A stretch of DNA of 63,751 nucleotides, filler included, from Phoronis australis (lineage: Eukaryota; Animalia; Phoronida): the NCBI GenBank assembly GCA_002633005.1. It is 5 parts of 5 records of this genome, joined end to end, with 100 filler letters (N's around TTAATTAATTAA, not from the genome) between each part and the next. Parts side by side here need not be neighbours in the genome. Positions count along the whole stretch, not along the records: positions 60,665 to 63,751 come from NMRA01003234.1; 4 more parts are not named here. The stretch is one strand, 5' to 3'. This document shows, piece after piece, positions 60,665 through 63,751 of the stretch. Every line of letters begins with the position of its first letter. Positions within the stretch are counted from its first letter, which is position 1. The translations under genes were made by a program, and so were the position numbers. The notes beneath the pieces are model-generated. The model made no database searches and was not told the DNA's origin. It worked only from the letters and a program-made list of their open reading frames with translations.

Positions 60665-62407
60665 TCACACTACAACTAATAGATGTTTACTCTATGTAAC
60701 ATATATATATAGAGACCGGTAGAGGTCGCTCATATCAACATAGGGTATAGTGAAAACGCGCATTTTAAAATGTGTCGATTATTGAGGGTGAAATTGACAC
60801 ATTTCGTTTCGCGACCAAAACCCGCTTTCATTGAAAATTGGCGCGGAGTCCCGGGCCCGGTGAACTGCGGAACGTGGGCAGGTGCCGCGGTATTTCAGTT
60901 TATCCGCCAGTTGCTCCCTTATTGAAAAAATCCACCTGCGACCAGCAAAATGATGAGGAGTATGTTTTCAAAGTTAGCTTACCCTTGGTTTTGTGTGACA
61001 GCTTTCCAAAATAATCGCATATCGAAAATTCAGACATCCCCGCGGGCCCGGTCACGGTCCGCGCCGGCCGGCGGCGGGGTTTCGCGTCGTGCGCAGAGTC
61101 GGTCTAGAGACCAACATCAATAATGATGTTTTACTTTGCTATGAGTTATCACCAATTTAGGAATTGAACCAGTGCGGTCTGGAGACTGAGTGGCTGGTCA
61201 TGGTGNCGGAGTGCGCCCGGCCGGCGCTGCTCAAGTGAGTGCGCGCGGCACGTACGGCGGCGGATTCCCGGCTGGCATCGGATCCGACCGGCGGCGGGGC
61301 CGGGCTCAGTATAGCGCCGGAAAACAGTATTGAGCCTGGAACTACAGCGCGAAAGAAAATCAAACGAATGAATAGGCAAGACAACACAATTTTTGAAATT
61401 GCTATTTTTTTTTTGCTATTGCTCCACCGGTCTCAGTTGCCTCGCCGTCATTCAGTAATTGACCGAGACGGGTACTAACGACTAATTGTTGTGTCATGCC
61501 TGCAATTTTATTACAAATCGCAAATTCTGGCTGTTGTTTGTTAAACATTCCGCCAAGGTCCGAGGTGCCATCACCAAACGGAGTGGGATTCAACTGCTGT
61601 GCCCAAGGCCGGACTGGGCTGTGCTGTTCAAAATAAAAGTTAATTTAACGTGCCCCCCCAATTTAGCGAATTGGGCAAAAACGCCGACGTCCGCCTCAGC
61701 GAAACAAAAAGTTTGAGTAAACGAGACACAAGTCCACGAAATCCACAGGAATTCGGCGCGGATGCACAATTTGTAGGCCTGAACCTAGTGTCCAGTTTTT
61801 CTTTTTCTTTTTTTAGTCCTCATTGATTTTTCTCAGTAAAAGGTCCGCATACCGAAAGATTCGAGCCCCCATATATTTTAGGCCGAGTGCGCGCATGCTT
61901 TAAAAAGCCTCTGTGTACGTATACGTAAATATATGGCCGAGGCCAGCTATGACCAGTTAGGATGTTACCTGTGTACAGTAAGCATACCTTTTATCAATAT
62001 TTCCTCACACTCCGTGTTATAGACTTTTCTTTGCAGAGTTGATATGACATTGAAAATAACTAAGTTAAGATATTTTCTTAACTTAAAATCACCGGCTGCC
62101 TCAAAAATCCATACCTTTTTACTTGATTTCAGAGTGCAAATCATTAACATTGTGCCTGTTAAGGGTTCTTTATGAATGATAAGAGTGACTGCAATGTGCG
62201 AATGTTAGGGAGAGTGGTGCTGGATGGCTCCATGGTAAGGGTTCTATTACTTGTGGTAAGGGTTTCTATCGTCATCCTAGTTGGTAAATTTCATTGTGAT
62301 CTAAATTTGGTTGCATGTTCAATGACTTTATATTGCCAGAGGATGACACCTGACTGAGTTCAATACTGGACTTCGAACAGATAAAATACATAAACATTGG
62401 GCTATTA

Positions 62408-62478
62408 CAGGGGTCCTGAATTTTTACAACCAGTTTTATTCAGCAGAGAAACTGGTTCTCAATATATGGGGCCACTGT
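62408..62478. mobile_element. ~70-bp TA-flanked mini-MITE, related to ~12075..12153
   Basis: ta|caggggtcctgaatttttacaaccagttttattca...aaactggtt...ggggccactg|ta; similar core at 12075-12153. Confidence 0.55.
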
Positions 62479-63751
62479 AGGCAACTACTACCTGAATATT
62501 GAAATGTCATGAAATGCCACGATGATGGCAGATTTTTATGGTCATATTGATTCTGTGGAGACTGTTAAGATACCTTTGTTAAGAAATGCATTATATTCTA
62601 CGCAGGCAACAAGTATGGTAGATGTCATTCAGAAGCACAGGTAGGTACAAATCCAAGATATACAAAGCTTGAGAATCTAACATTACATTCCATCATTACA
62701 ATTAGTTGGTACAATTCTCTAAATAATAACACACTAATGATACACTACCGACCAATATTAAATAAATTCAATCAACAGAAACGAGCACAGTATGAGATTT
62801 TAGTTGGTATCAAATAATTATTTTCACAAGCGAATAAATGTCTCACACTGACTACACGTCTCTCGGTGCTTGTTGCATCTAAGTGACACAATAACTGCAT
62901 CTTTTCATAACTCTCGTACATTCAACTACTTTACAAACATCGTCAGCAAAACATAAACAAGTACAATGCCAACGCAAAATCAAATTACAACGATACACCC
63001 AGTCACTAATGTACAAGAAGAAATCATCAATAACATAATTTTCTGAGATGAGATGACATCTAATGTTACGTTTTAGCAACAGCATGCTAGGGTACACGGG
63101 GCGTCAAAACACAGAATGCTAAGTTTCCAGACAAAAAATGCCAGGATCGGATTCATCACAAAAATGAGGTAAAATAAGATATAAATATACGGTAGGGTAG
63201 ATATGTCGCCCAAATTGTGACAGGTACCACAACCTAGTATCTTCCAACATTTTAAAGACACGTAACAGGTCATTTGTATTGCTATCACACTAATGCTACT
63301 TATGTCCCCTGTCTACCAGCAACATTCAAATACCATATGACTTGATGATGTTCAGGCATTAAGTAAACATCGAATACTAAAGGTCTCCATGATGTGTAGA
63401 CAAACACTCACACAAGAAATTTATTCGTAAAACTTCTGTTCAGAATAACTCAAAAACGAACAATGAAAAAATCCCACTTCCCAGCTAAATGCACTTGCAA
63501 CACACAGCTAAAACTGTTGGTGAAAGGCAATGCAAATGACTTGCTTTAAACAATACAACAGGATTGCAGGCAAGTCGCACTGAGCAAGACCAGCAAATAG
63601 ACTGTTTAGCAGTAATAATGTGACAATCGGCTCAAACTATCGTCATCAACGTTCATTAGACAATATAAGTCAAAAGTAATAAGACTAAATTCCATTTACT
63701 CGTAATGACGGTTTGTTCCAGTTGCAGAAAACATGAAAGGCAACAAGTCAT

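Noticed and set aside
61965-63288. Minus-strand ORFs, one containing LCFADD
   Set aside because: The FADD match lacks flanking RT motifs, and no other family signature or clear splice structure was seen.

Overview
AT-rich, repeat-dense animal genomic DNA, probably from an invertebrate (inferred from the transposon and gene-family content), taken from a draft assembly. Four artificial 100-bp spacers (44 N + TTAATTAATTAA + 44 N) and several duplications joined by a single N mean that long-range adjacency is unreliable. Most ORFs in the supplied track are spurious. Supported genes: (1) an intact galactose-3-O-sulfotransferase (GAL3ST-like) coding exon on the minus strand; (2) minus-strand spliced exons of a C-type lectin domain (QPD/WCD) and two thrombospondin type-1 (TSP1) exons, one intact and one with a nonsense mutation; (3) a candidate spliced plus-strand precursor (signal peptide, acidic propeptide, cationic Cys-containing region) with an in-frame TGA in its putative first exon; (4) a decayed four-exon SGNH-hydrolase-like gene inside a ~7.3-kb unit bounded by inverted repeats. 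Mobile elements: a Bel/Pao element lacking RT and RNase H; a Penelope-like element with a GIY-YIG remnant and two U3-A8 variant minimal hammerhead motifs; an RNase H-bearing LINE; other LINE fragments; several TTAA-flanked THAP-bearing Kolobok-like elements; many MITEs; and a probable P-type excision footprint. No rRNA, tRNA or CRISPR array was recognised. All translations and alignments were done by eye; no database searches were run.
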